Positions 12,880-25,142 of a DNA stretch of 64,000 bases are shown here, piece after piece. A model generated the notes under the pieces. That model did not search any database and had not been told where the DNA came from. It worked only from the letters and a program-made list of their open reading frames with translations. Both the position numbers and the translations under genes were made by a program. The stretch comes from Psammoneis japonica. Lineage: Eukaryota. The stretch covers positions 1 through 64,000 of the forward strand of contig QPGO01000263.1 in NCBI GenBank assembly GCA_008632985.1. The letters run 5' to 3'. Positions within the stretch are counted from its first letter, which is position 1. Each line of letters begins with the position of its first letter.

Positions 12880-14597
12880 AAGAGAAAAAAGTGATGCAGC
12901 GCAAAGTCCGGGCTAAACCTGCACAAGGTGTTTGATCATCCCAGCTTGAGCCACTCCAATCATCAAGTGCAACAATTGTGTGAAATGGCAAAGAAGGCTG
13001 ACCAAATGGGAGACCGGGCCCTTTCCAAGCACATCTTGAATGAACTAAAAACGGCCACTCCGAACGATGCCCAGATCTGCAAATGATTGGCACAATTGGA
13101 GCAGGAAGAGGCAATGTCGATGCTGCTTGAGCTGTTCTTGAAACCACAGCCAACCTTTTTCCCATGAATGCCTGCCTCTGGAATGGACTTGGCAATCTCG
13201 AAGGCTTGATTGGCAATGCAGATGGACAAATCAAGCACTGCCACTTGGCCATTGACAAGGATCCCAGATCTCCTCACCCTGCCACGCCCTCGGCACTCTC
13301 CTGCACATGCAGGGTGAAACTGCCAGTGCCATGAAAATTTTGAAAAAGGGCATTGTGCATTGTCTCACCAACCATTGGCTCCACCATGCCCTTGGCATTT
13401 TGCATCGAGACGCCAAGAGGTTGCACGTGGCTTCCAAAAGTTGTCGCAAGGTGTCACATGCACACAAAAGGGTGACTGCACATCCAACCATTGTTCACAT
13501 TGGTGACATGCAAGCACATGCCACAACACAAGGCCCTTTTAAAACGGGGCGGATCGGTGTCGACAATGGCTGCACCAGAGTGTGGACCTAAAACAAGGGC
13601 CGCCACGCCAATGGGTGGGTGAGTCTCGCGCAGTTTGAAGAATCGTTGGACAACATTGACGCCGCCCGGTCGGCCTGCATCTCGGGGATTGCTTTGTTCG
13701 AGTGTGGATTGTTGGATCAAATGTCGAGCAGCGGCAAGCTAAACTTAACCGAGCGAGTTGTTGGAAGATCCCGTCGAGCTGTGCAACAAGTTGCTACGCA
13801 CCGTACCGTAGCATCGATCGGGAGATCGATTCATTAACGTGTATCACAACTGGGCGAGACTGGAAGAGTGTCATGGTACAATTGAGAGCTTTGAGGAGGA
13901 ATACGAACGTGCCATGCTCGCCTTTCCCACACAGTACAAGATCGCCTTGGACGCGGCAGAGTGCTACATCAAGACTTGCATGCACGACAAGGCCCAATTG
14001 CGATTCGCCGACGCGTGTCGTATTTCCAATCACACCGAACCGTATCGATTGTTTGCCGAATTTGAAATGTCAAATGGTGACTACCAGCTAGCACAGAGAA
14101 TGCTCTACTCCGGAGCCATGAAGATGCTCCAGTCTAACCACCAGCAAGGACTGGCGCAGCTATTTTATACGCGGGCCGTTTGCGAGTGGCATCTGGACAA
14201 CCTCCGCCACGCCGAAACGCTTTTCGAGTATGCACTGGAGGAACTAAAGGCTAGAAGGGTGTCGAGACTGTGATCCGTCATTTTGTATTCCAGGGCCAGG
14301 TTCGAATATTACCGAGAAGAGTGCACTCGAGCGCAACACTACATTGGCTTGTGCTTACAAGAAGATATGTTCCCCAGCAGAAATGTCCCCATTTGGGAAC
14401 TGTGGCAAGATGTGGCCATGGCACAGAAAGACCTTTTTTATGCGAGAGAGTGCGAAAAAGAGTCTATCAAAGCAGAACTCGATGCCGAACCATATCTATC
14501 GGACATTAAGATCTCCATGCGAAAGGATCCCTGGCATTACAGTTTGTTTGGGTACGGACCGAAAGATTTGCTTCTAGAATTGCCAGGCGATCGTTGA
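12880..14597 (+). pseudogene. TPR/HAT-repeat protein with a hypermutated 5' half, stops and frameshifts
   Basis: Helical repeat motifs (LWNGLGNLE, LHHALGIL, YHNWARLEE, LFAEFEMSNG) spread over several frames. TGA stops at 13084 and 13128 fall where CGA (Arg) would fit. Confidence 0.75.
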
Positions 14598-14770
14598 CAG
14601 AATGAACAAAGTACCGTAGAACGGAGGCGTTTATGTATATAGTTTAAAATAGAACCAGCAGTGAAGATATGCCAATAACGTGCTAACAAATAATGTTGTT
14701 CATGCCTCATGAGATTATTAACCTTGGTCTGGCACAGATCAACACATAAATCGTGCGCTACAATGTTGCA

Positions 14771-17262
14771 TCATGCTGAGAACGGCCAAGTGTAGCCGAA
14801 ATTCTCGAAGTCAGCCGCAAAGAGCTCAAGCATGATTTGTTTCGTACGCTTGTTCTCGGCAAATCGCTTAAAGTCAGGGTACGAAGGAGATTCGTTCTTG
14901 TGGATCATTTCCACATTGTCGCCTTCCTCACCCGATCCTCTGAGACACGGAATTGCCTCCAATAATTCACTCATGTCGCCACTGAGGCGCTCCAACTGAA
15001 AGATACGCTTTACCACAATCGTATCGGTATCATCCACCACCCAGCTTGTTTGCGTGCTATTGAATGATCTCGAATCTTGATTCCCGTGCCCTTTTGATCC
15101 AATCAAGTAATGCTTCGGACTCCCGGGTGGATATTCCTCATATAGAGTTCGAATCCATTCATGAAAGGCTTCAATCTTTTCTTCATCACTCATTTGATCA
15201 ACCGCTTCCCCATATGGAAGGAATCGATCCCTACAATCTTGTCCGTAGTGTTGTTCCGAACACATACTAGACAAAAAGAAGAAATTTGAGACTTGTCGAG
15301 CCAAGGGATGTCGCACCACGGCAAATGTGTAAGCGTTGTCCCATGCTTCCTGGCCATAGTGGTCAATGAAGGAGCGGGCGGTGGCGTGAAAGCTGCGATG
15401 TCCGCCCTCCCACCTCTCACTCACGTACTCCTCTCCGCATCTCTTGTGAAGCATGTCGATTAAAGAAGTCCCACCAGTCTTGTTGATATGCACAAAGAGA
15501 AACGGAATGCTCCTTGATGGCGTTGATTTCTTATGACGATCATGGTGATGATGTCTACGCTCATCAAAGGCAAACTTTTGGTATCGGCTAGACAACAGAG
15601 CCGCGGCACCAATCGAAAAGCCGTGATTGACAGTACCGTGTCCCCAAAATTCTGGAATATACATCAAGTCGCCAGGCTTTTGCAGGCAATACATAAACAA
15701 GAATCGTCCAACAGTTCCGAGCTCTTCCTTGCCGGCATTCCCGTCCAGCCACGAAATAGGGGCGGGCTGATTTTCCACTCCTTCATTCCAACATACAGAA
15801 TATTAATGGCAGCATTGTGCCAGTGTAGGGCGGCCCCCGCTTCGTCTCCACCAAAAAAGACTTGAAATACAAAGTCCTTGTCGCGGGGTCCAAACCAATT
15901 TTCAATAATCCGCCAACCACTATCTCCATCATAAGGGTTGCCATCATAGATTGGGTAGAGTTCGTCAAAATCTTTCGGTTCCGGATGAAACGCGTGTACC
16001 ATGGGAACGCCCGGCTGTTCGGGACATTGTTTCTTTTGTTCCATTTCGGCAATAGTGAGCTTTCGAGTGCAATGGTGTTGTCCCGTGTTGGACGGATAGG
16101 AACAGGGACCGACTTCGACGGGCATGTCGGGGTGGAAGCGTTTCGTTTGTTGCCACCGGCGCTTGGCAAATTGTTCAATCTCCGACCGTGGGGTTTGATT
16201 CCGAATGAGCACCGGTCGCCCCGTCAAAAAGTATTCTTTGAAAAAGGTGTCGCTGGACAATTCCCCCTCGACAATGTCTATTTCGCACGTTTCATCGACG
16301 GCAAAGCTCGTTTCCTTGTTCCATCCCATCTCTCCCGTTGATCCTTGGGTGCGTCTGAAATGGTGAGAGCGTCCCTGAGATGGTTCGGACTTCACGGTAA
16401 TGTTCAGTACGGTCTCCGCCTTGATGGGTCGAATGGGCGACCCTTTCATTAACACATAATCACGAATGGTACGACCAAAGGAATCAATCACCAAATCATT
16501 GTTGGAGCGTGATAGAATCTGGACAATTTCCGCATACCCGCCTCGAATGGCTTCCTGTATCGCATTGAGGCCACGCCGATGGGAAAATTCCTCCTTGAGA
16601 GGTGCCGAATAGAGAGGATCGGCGTCTTTTCGCTGCTTCATAATGGATCGCACCACACGTGGCATCCCCATGACGGTCGCCTGAATCAGATAGTCATTGA
16701 TTACATGTGTGGGGACGTCCGGGTGCAGCAACTCCACGTAGGCCATGCACTTGAGAAAGCAATCTTGTCGTTTCGAATGGGCAATGCCGCGGAAAAAGAA
16801 CAGGTCAATGCCGTTGGTGTATCCATTGTGGGGAGGATGGAGTATGGGATAAAAGTATTGGCAGGGACCGAGACTCTTCGTATCGCCGGATCCTTCGTGC
16901 TGGAGCCTCTTAAAGGTATGTTCATGGTGCCCATCATGTTCATAGCAGAATTCGTCGTCGGGCAACAAACGCGGACTATTATCGGTTCGCATTACATTGG
17001 GCCACGTCTTGTTGCTTTCCGCTTGCAGCTGGGCAAGTGGAGTATGCTTGGCCGGGATCTCCCACACGTGCGGTTGTTTCTCGGTCGAGGCCGTCGTGTT
17101 TTCCAAGCGAGCAGAGGAGCCCCAAAACAAGGTAACACAAAGAGCTTGAAAGCCAAATGCCAAGCAAGCGAGGGTGATCCTGCGCATCCACGGATTGGAG
17201 GGAAGCTTCAGAGTCGGCGTCATCATCCTGGAATCTCTGGAGCAACCACTGCCAACTCGCAA
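14771..17262 (-). CDS. Membrane-anchored or secreted ankyrin-like + JmjC/cupin + sulfotransferase-family protein (1-nt frameshift near 15700)
   Basis: N-terminal hydrophobic segment; AIQEAIRGGYAEIVQIL (ankyrin-like); GRPVLIR...FFGGDEAGAALHWHNAAINILYVGMKEW, continuing in the next frame as CLQKPGDLMYIPEFWGH (JmjC); FVHINKTGGTS...FAVVRHPLARQVSNF (PAPS-binding motifs). Confidence 0.75.
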
Positions 17263-17829
17263 ACTGAATATATACTCAGCCCCTGTCGATCAACCCCTGT
17301 CGATCAATTTGCACTCGAAAAGATGGATCCTTTTTGTTTTGAGTTTATCTACCAGGATGTTTTCCTTCCCAGCAGCAGAATCATCGTGCACCGCCGATCT
17401 TGGAAAAGCACAGAAAATTCAAGTCGTGTTCGAGAATTTTTGGGATCACAAATCACAACCGAGTTTTATTTCTATTTATCCAGCTACAAAGTTCGACATT
17501 GTCACAAGCACGCGGGGCTTTAACACGGTACCTTCATTTTCATATATATATTAAAGAGTTCAACGGACGTTGGTGTCATTTTTTGTTAACGGCTGCTGTC
17601 ATACATACGTACAGAAGAAGAGTAAAAAGAATCCGGTGTTCAGCGCGCGGGGTCCTGGCGCCCGAGTCGTGATGGACGGTGTAATTGATCGAGTCTTTAC
17701 TTGCCGTTCGAAAGATCCGGTCGTTTGAGACGGTTTTTGGTGCTGGGAAAAACCACCCCATGTGCAGATTTTAACGATCTTACAAGAAACTTCTGCATTA
17801 CAGTAACTGTGTTGAGATTGTAAGGTAGA

Positions 17830-20700
17830 GCGCCTCCATGCTTCTCTGGACCTGAAGTTCTGCACCTCCTGACAAAAAAAGTGAGGACAATCAAGGACAG
17901 TGCATGCACAGGTGCTGATTGTCACAGAGGTGCCTCTGTGCTTCTGCACCTGAAGCTCTGTTCCTGACAAAAAAAGTGAGGACACTGGAGAGGATTGCTC
18001 AACTGTGAAAAAAGTGAGGAGACACTCAAGAGGAGAGTCCACGCACACCAGGTGCCAACTGAGGCAGGGGCACTTCCATGCTTTTGCACCTGAAGCTCTG
18101 TTCCTGACAAAAAAAGTGAGGACACTGGAGAGGATTGCTTGCCAGGAAAAAGTGAGGAAATTGTTGTAGAATCCCTGCAACCGCCTCAGCTTGGCCGCAA
18201 TGTGCTGATGACATGTCACAGTGCGAAGCTGCCAAAACAGCCCCAACAACCCAGCACACAAATGTGCCTGATGCATGGAACACATGCAAGCATGTGTGTT
18301 TGTGCAGTGCTGCTGAGATGGCAGCCAGAAAACAGGGGGAACAAATCTGTGAATCTGGCCAAATCAGCCCATTTTGTTCTCCAGCACTGTGTGAACAGAT
18401 GAACAGAGGGCAGTGTTGGTGGGAATTTTTCAGCACATTGTCGACCCATGTTGGGTCACCGCAACTGATCCCATTGCTGCCAGTTGTCTGCCAAGAACAA
18501 AATGGGGGGAACTGGGACACCCTCTCATGATCATCCATGTGTCTGTCTTATCCACCTTCTCCAGAGCACTGCTGTCATGCGGTGAATGCTCCAAGAGCAT
18601 GGCCACCCACAAGGTTGTCCTCTCCTTGTGCTTGGCCTGCTGTCTTTGCATTGAACACTCAAGGATTGCTGGCCAGAGGAGCTGGTGTCCTCTCAAGAGA
18701 CAGCCAGCAGCAGGCGGCTCAAAAGAGTATCTGTCAGCAACCACCAAGAGGCAACAAGAACAACAACATGTGTGTGAGCTCACTCTTGCACAGATGCCAG
18801 CTGGTGAGAAACCTCCATGCTGCGCACCTGAGGATCTCTGCACTTGATGAAACAAAAAAGTGAGGACACTTGAGAGGGCTGCAGGCTGGGGAAAAAATTG
18901 AGGACACTCAACAGGGTTGCTGGGGCCAGAGGAGCCGGTGAACAACATGCCTTTTTGGGGCGGCTTTTTGATGGAAATTCCATGCCCAAGTGGGCCAGAA
19001 TTCTGCACAAGATGAAAAAAGTGAGGGCTCTCTGGAGAGAATTGGAGCAAGAAAAGAGCCGGGCACCACTCTGTGTGAGATGCAAACAGTCAACACCTCC
19101 ACATTTGTGCATGCCTGCTGGCACAGCTCTCCTTGCCCACAGCTCTTGAAGAAATGAACAAGAATGCCCTGCCAACAACAAAGCATTGGCACAGTGTGCC
19201 ACACACAGGTGCGCATGGCTTCAACAGCTGCCTGCCACATTTCTTGCTTTCTCTCCTGTGCCATCCAATGCTGCAAAGTTAAGTGCCATCATGGACTCAC
19301 TCTCTTCCTGCTGCCAACTGAAACTGGAGGCACGTCTGTGAGCAGAGTCCTGAAGTTCTGCACCTGTCAAAAAAGCAGGGACGCTTGAGAGGGTTGCACA
19401 CCAGAGCAAAAACCAGCAGGCTGGAGTTCAGCACAAGATGAAAAAAGCAATTGCACTCTGGGAAGGATTGGCAAGAGAAGCCAGCACCCAAGTGCTGCTC
19501 CATGCAAGATGCAGCAAGAAGACAGCACCTCAAAAAATGAGCCTGCTGGTGCATGGATCTCCCCATCCACAGCTCTTGCTCAAAGAAACAAACAACAGCA
19601 CAGTGAAAAATGCACTTTGGCATGGAACAAGCACGCCACACAGGCATGTGCTGGCTTCAATGTGGCTGCCCACCAATCTCTCCTGTGGCTCAAATCAACT
19701 GGCCATTTCCACAAGCAATCAAGGGACAATGATGCTCCAAGAGTGCACCCCCACACCCTTTCCAGGAGAAAGCAGGCTGCTTGGGTGAGTTGATCAGAGT
19801 TTGTCAGCACACACCTGGGAGGCAGCAGCAGCAACAACAATGTGAGTGGACACTCTTGCTCTTGTGCTGGCATGCCAACTGGAGGTGCCTCTCTGCACTG
19901 CTGCACCTGAAGCTCTGTGCCTGACGAAAAAACGTGAGGACATTGAAGAGGATTGACCGCTGATGGAGCTGGCACAATTGCATCTTACAATGACAGGACT
20001 CTTTGGACTTTAGAGTGATTTCTTCTGGAGACACTGCATGTGCCAGACTCTGGTTCTGTGCTGTGAAAAAAGTGATGGCTCTCATGAGAGGAACAGCTAG
20101 CCAGAGAAACTGGCATCTGACTGAGCACTGCCCCTGCAAGACATGAGCAGTCAATGCCTCCACAAGTGATCCTGCTGGCATGTGCCTCCCACCCCCCTCA
20201 ACACTCATGTGAGCTTTCATGAAGAGAGAAACAAGCCGGTCTTCATTTCATTGTCTGCCACAATGATTGAGTGTGCTTCCAGGACACGTGGGTGGCTTCT
20301 CCAGAGCTGTTTTGCATCTGGATGCATGTGGTGCTTGTCATGACATTTCCTGAGAATTTCCAAGACTCACATGCTGGACAACATGAGTGCAGTGCAGACA
20401 CTTTGAACTCTTCATTGGCAGAGCACGGCAAAGAAACCTGCAGAACAATTTTGCTTTTCTTGGGCCAGCAAACTTGTGAGCCGCCATGCTGCAGCATCAT
20501 CTTCCAAGCACACTCCCAAAGCCCATCAAAGTGCACAAGTCACTCTACCAAATGGTGTGCAGTTGCCCTCTGTTGACGACATTGGGGTGTTCCTCTGCAC
20601 TGTGCTCTGGCTGAACCTGCCAATTTTCAGGGAAAGTTGGTGAGATTGTTCAAGAAGAAATGAAGCTCAAGACTCAAGAGTTCATTGTTTGGTGGATGTT
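17830..20700. mobile_element. Degenerate repeat block with a recurring unit gcacctgaagctctgttcctgacaaaaaaagtgaggacac
   Basis: Unit seen at about 17850, 17946, 18086, 18825 and 19903; TA/CG-depleted. Confidence 0.75.
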
Positions 20701-21043
20701 TGGATGTGAATGCTGGCTGATGATTGATGACGGAAGGTCCATCCACCGGCACTGCCGCTGCGGCACAGCTGTCACCGCATCATAGCTGCTAGAGCTAGAG
20801 CAGAGCTGTTCGAGAGCCGAGAGTAGCTTCCGGTGGCACACAGCACAGCACGCACGCTGCGCACCGGCAGTTGGGACTGCGTCCGGCCGTCGGCCCGTGG
20901 ATGCTGAGTCATTCCTCAGTCGTGGTGTAGGTGGCGGAAAGGGAGAAAGTACAGCAGGCAAACGTGTGACGTTCCATTCGACCACCATGTTCGATGTTGC
21001 TTTCAATGTCTCTACATTATAGTTTAAGTTCATCACACCAACC

Positions 21044-21871
21044 ATGAAGTGCACTGCTATTATGTTTTCAGTGACATCCTTTGCGCAGGGTGTAGCTGGT
21101 CTGCAACCACCCGCCCACAAAAGAGCAACGTCCACGTTGTTGACGCCGCCAGTATCAAGACGCACCGCGTTTGGAGCAGCAGCCATCGTTGCAGCAGCCG
21201 CATCTATTTTGCCAGCTCGAGCCGCCGAAACCGTGGGAAAAGACCCGAGTTGCAACAGCAACTCTTGCTTGGGAGTGTGGGATGGCCTGCTTGCCGACTG
21301 TCCGCACACCATGAAGAACGGTGCAGGGTGTGTTTCTTCACAGGACGATACGCCTGGTGTGTTTGCAGAGCCCTGGGATTATTCGGAGGACGGCGATTTT
21401 GACGAAAAAGCGGTAATGAAGCGACTAATAACAGCAATTCAGTCTGTTACAGCCAAGCGAGGCGATACCGTGCGGTTTCTCCAGCAAGAGGGACGGTATC
21501 TCCGAGTCGCCTTTGCCGATGGCCGCAGTGACGAAAGGTCGGTTGGCGAATTTTACCTAACCCAAAATGACACTACGGTTCAATTCCGATTGGCAAGCAT
21601 GGATAGTGGAAGCTTCTCTTCCTTGAAAAATATGGAGCGTTCCGAACTCATTCGCAAGGAGCTTGGCTTTTTGAAGCTACCAGTGTTGCGGAATCGCAAG
21701 CGCTCTTTGTTTTTCGTGGAGTCGGATCTGGATACCTTTGGACCTGGTTCGGCTTTGCTTGGACCTCCGGCGGAAATGACAACAGGCGAACTCAATGGGC
21801 GACAAGACGTTGACCCAAAACTCAAAATTGACTTGCTACAGCAATTTCCTTTACAAAGTGGATCACAATAG
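21044..21871 (+). CDS. DUF1499-family protein, probably plastid/thylakoid-lumen targeted
   Basis: Signal-like N-terminus, twin-Arg SRRTAF...ARA motif, LADCP...GCVSSQDD, GRYLRV and VQFR motifs. Confidence 0.75.
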   Translation: MKCTAIMFSVTSFAQGVAGLQPPAHKRATSTLLTPPVSRRTAFGAAAIVAAAASILPARAAETVGKDPSCNSNSCLGVWDGLLADCPHTMKNGAGCVSSQDDTPGVFAEPWDYSEDGDFDEKAVMKRLITAIQSVTAKRGDTVRFLQQEGRYLRVAFADGRSDERSVGEFYLTQNDTTVQFRLASMDSGSFSSLKNMERSELIRKELGFLKLPVLRNRKRSLFFVESDLDTFGPGSALLGPPAEMTTGELNGRQDVDPKLKIDLLQQFPLQSGSQ

Positions 21872-21926
21872 AGAGTTGCTGGTACTACTTCAAGTTACTG
21901 CTATCCATCATACATCTATCCGGTTT

Positions 21927-23647
21927 TCAATGAGAAAACTGCCTCTTGTCATTGGCAGCCCGTTTGCCATAGGGATTCGAGGCACTAAAACCATGACCCG
22001 ACCCCGACTCGTATTTTCGCTTGTTGCCACCCTGCTTTCTGGATTTTTTCGTCCGTCCCTTGGTTCCAAAGGCCAAATCAACTCTAGGCGGCGTGGTGAA
22101 ACCAAAGGCGAGTCCCACCGCGGCAAGGTCCAATTCATGTACATTGAAAATGTCTCGCTGAGAATGACTAGCATAAGCTAATAGATAACTCCTGTACGCG
22201 TCCCGCGCAGCCCTGTTGAGATAGTAGTTCTTCTCAATCAACCGTTGTAGCTGCGACTGGACATTGGCCACCTTGTTTGCTGGAAACTCGTACTCGTTGA
22301 GTGAAACCTTGGCTGCCTTGAGGTATCGTAGAAATCCCGTTTCTTGCGGAGTCAAGAAGAGCAACGCTCTTCCACTTCCCGTGGCTCCACGAGCCGTACG
22401 TCCTACTCGATGAATGTACTCCTTGGGATCATCCGGCGGATCAAATTGCAAAATCCAATCGACCGATGGAATATCCAATCCCCTTGCCGCGACATCCGTA
22501 CAAAGCAAGGTCCCCTTGGTACTCTTGCAAAACTGGAAAAAGGTTGTGGTGCGCTTGACTTGCTTTTGTCGGCCATGAATGTCCATGACGGGAACATCAA
22601 TGTAATTCAACAATTCCGAATGGAACTTGACCGAGTTGCACGACGAAAAGAAAACCATAATTTTCTTGTTTCGGTTCTTTTTCAAAAAGGTAAAGAGCAA
22701 GAGAAAGCGTTGTTGCGAAGGGCACGTGACATATCCCTGTTCTAGTCCAGCCGCAGTGGCCAACTTGGTTTCGCTTGGAATCTCCACATAAACCGCAGTC
22801 TTTGTATTGATGGAGAGTCTCGCCAAGTCTTCCACCTTTTTGGTTTGCGTTGCAGAAAACAGCATGGTTTGTCTCTGTTTGGGTAAAATCTTGAGAATGG
22901 CACGCAAATCATCCTCAAACCCTTGTTCCAAAATTCTATCGGCTTCGTCCATGACGAGCGCCAATAGATTCCTATAAACAAAGCCCTTGGTGTTTTGCAA
23001 GTGATCCAACAAGCGGCCTGGCGTGCAAATGACAATACTGACACCCTTGGCCAATCGTTCCGCTTCGGTACGGCGATTCGCACCGCCCATGATTAATCCG
23101 TAGGTTTGCGAATGCTGTCGAGTTCCATTGGTGATTAAATCCTTGCACACACCAAAGATTTGAATTGCCAATTCTCTCGTGGGCGAAATCACAATGGCAC
23201 CGGTACCGTTGCGTGTCGAAAACTTGGCCTTGTACAAGAGCTCCAAGACGGGGATCAAAAAGGCCAAAGTCTTGCCACTGCCCGTCTTGGCAGCTCCAAT
23301 CAAATCTTGCCTGCCAGTAGGGACGGAATGGCCTTGTGTTGAATCTGCGTCATGCGTGTGAAGTCCAAAGCCTTGAGTGCCGACTGTGTAGCGTCGGATA
23401 GAGGTAGAGACTCAAAGGTGTCCTTGTCGGAACTGTAGAAATTCGGCTTTTCTGATGATTCGTCCTTGATTTCATCGTTTTTCTTGTCTTTGGGAGATGT
23501 TTCTTCTTCTGCTTGTTCGTCGTCGCTACTACTTGACGAGTCGTCATCGTCGCTGCTACTTGCAGACTTATTCTGTTCCTCCTCTTCCTCTTCACTGCTG
23601 CTGCTGCTGCTTTCCTCCACCTCTTCTTTCGTCTTTTTCTTCGCCAT
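21927..23647 (-). CDS. HAS1: DEAD-box RNA helicase HAS1/DDX18 (1-nt frameshift near 23306)
   Basis: Q motif, [41 protein letters not shown] and the HAS1-type C-terminus ([16 protein letters not shown]). The acidic N-terminus lies in the adjacent frame. Confidence 0.93.
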
Positions 23648-24003
23648 GGTTGCGGTGGTCCTTGATTGCTGCAAAAAGAGTTAGTGGTTGTTTGTGGTAC
23701 CGCAGCGGTAGTGGTCAGGATGGCGAATGGCGAATGGCGAAAGCAAACAACAGAAAAAATGAGAGATTGGGTGGTTCGCGTGAGAATTCAAGTGAGTTTC
23801 AAACATTGAATCATGGATTCCGTATCTATGTAGGATGTGTGTATAAAATGTAGTGCAACAAGAATCCCAAAATTCCCTCCGACACGACCGTCCAAGTGGG
23901 CCATTGCAATTTGATGAAGATGAAGTAAAGATGTTGAGCTTATTGTTATTTGCGTTACACAGGGAATGAATTGACGATAAAGTAGACTATCTACACTTCC
24001 ACA

Positions 24004-25046
24004 ATGACATCGATATCGCAAGGTGAAAAAGCATGCAACAATAGCATTGACGATTCAATTCAAAATCACCTCGTTGTTCTTTACAAAAGTGCCAAGAATG
24101 CAAAACGCAGGTTGCGACCTATTGTTGTCCTCGTTGTGCGTTTCGTTCTTGTTCGCTCAAGTGCTGCAAGGCTCACAAGGATCGGCAAAACTGCAATGGA
24201 AAGCGAGATCGAACCGCCTTTCAGAGTTTGGCATCCATGAATGATTCAACCCTGCAAAGCGACTATCACTTTTTGCAAGATGTCTTGCATCAAGTTACGA
24301 GTGGTAAACGATTGTCGAGTAGTATTGGAATACCAAAACAAACGAGACAACAGCAGCAGCACGAGAAACGAACGATAAGAGTCACGAAAGCAAACTGTTT
24401 CACAAGTACATCCCATCTTGATGCAGCAACAACAACATGAATTGCTAGTCCGACGGAAGAAGGTGAATTACTAGACGACGATGCGACGACGACGACGACG
24501 GAACCGCCAATGCCCAAACGACCAAGGCCTCAAAAAAGCCACAATAATGGCACTACTACTTGGATTCCACCCAAATGGCATCGACTCGTGACGCAAGCCA
24601 AGCAGCGCAAAACCAATTTGTTGCTCATGCCCATGGGAATGGAACGACACAAACAAAACACATCCTTTTTTCAAATCAAGCAAGATTGTATTTACTGGAG
24701 GGTGGAATTTGTCTTGCACAGAATGAAACGGAAAAGAAAACACTGGTGGCACCAAAGATATCTGAAAATGAGAATCTACTAGACGAACTCGTCAAGTTAC
24801 TAACGAGGGAATATCCCAACCAACCAACAGACAACATCCAGGAATGGACGCTCTTGCTCAAGAAGCTACCGTGCCCATCCAATCGCGTCAACTATGTCGA
24901 GTTGCGTCCCAAGGACGATACTACAAACCAAATTACACTCAGGGATGCACTTGCATGCATGACGGTTATTGAATTCCCAACCATTCATGTAGTCTTTCAT
25001 CAAGGCATTTACAGCATTATCCAAGAATGATTGCAGAGCTATAGAT
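24004..25046 (+). CDS. BCD1: Box C/D snoRNA protein 1 (zf-HIT, BCD1/ZNHIT6-like), with several apparent frameshifts
   Basis: From 24081: KCQECKTQVATYCCPRCAFRSCSLKCCKAHK..CNGKRDRT; then DYHFL, LLLMPMGMERHKQNTS, IYWRVEF and a C-terminal VIEFPTIHV. Confidence 0.8.
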
Positions 25047-25142
25047 TAAGAGTATGATAGTGATGCTCTACATGATCCTCTTACTTCTCGATACCGTATT
25101 GAAGGTGGGATGGATACCGTAGAATGTTCCAATGGGTCTTCA

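Noticed and set aside
16579..17523. 314-aa plus-strand ORF
   Set aside because: Antisense to the JmjC gene, with no recognisable motifs.
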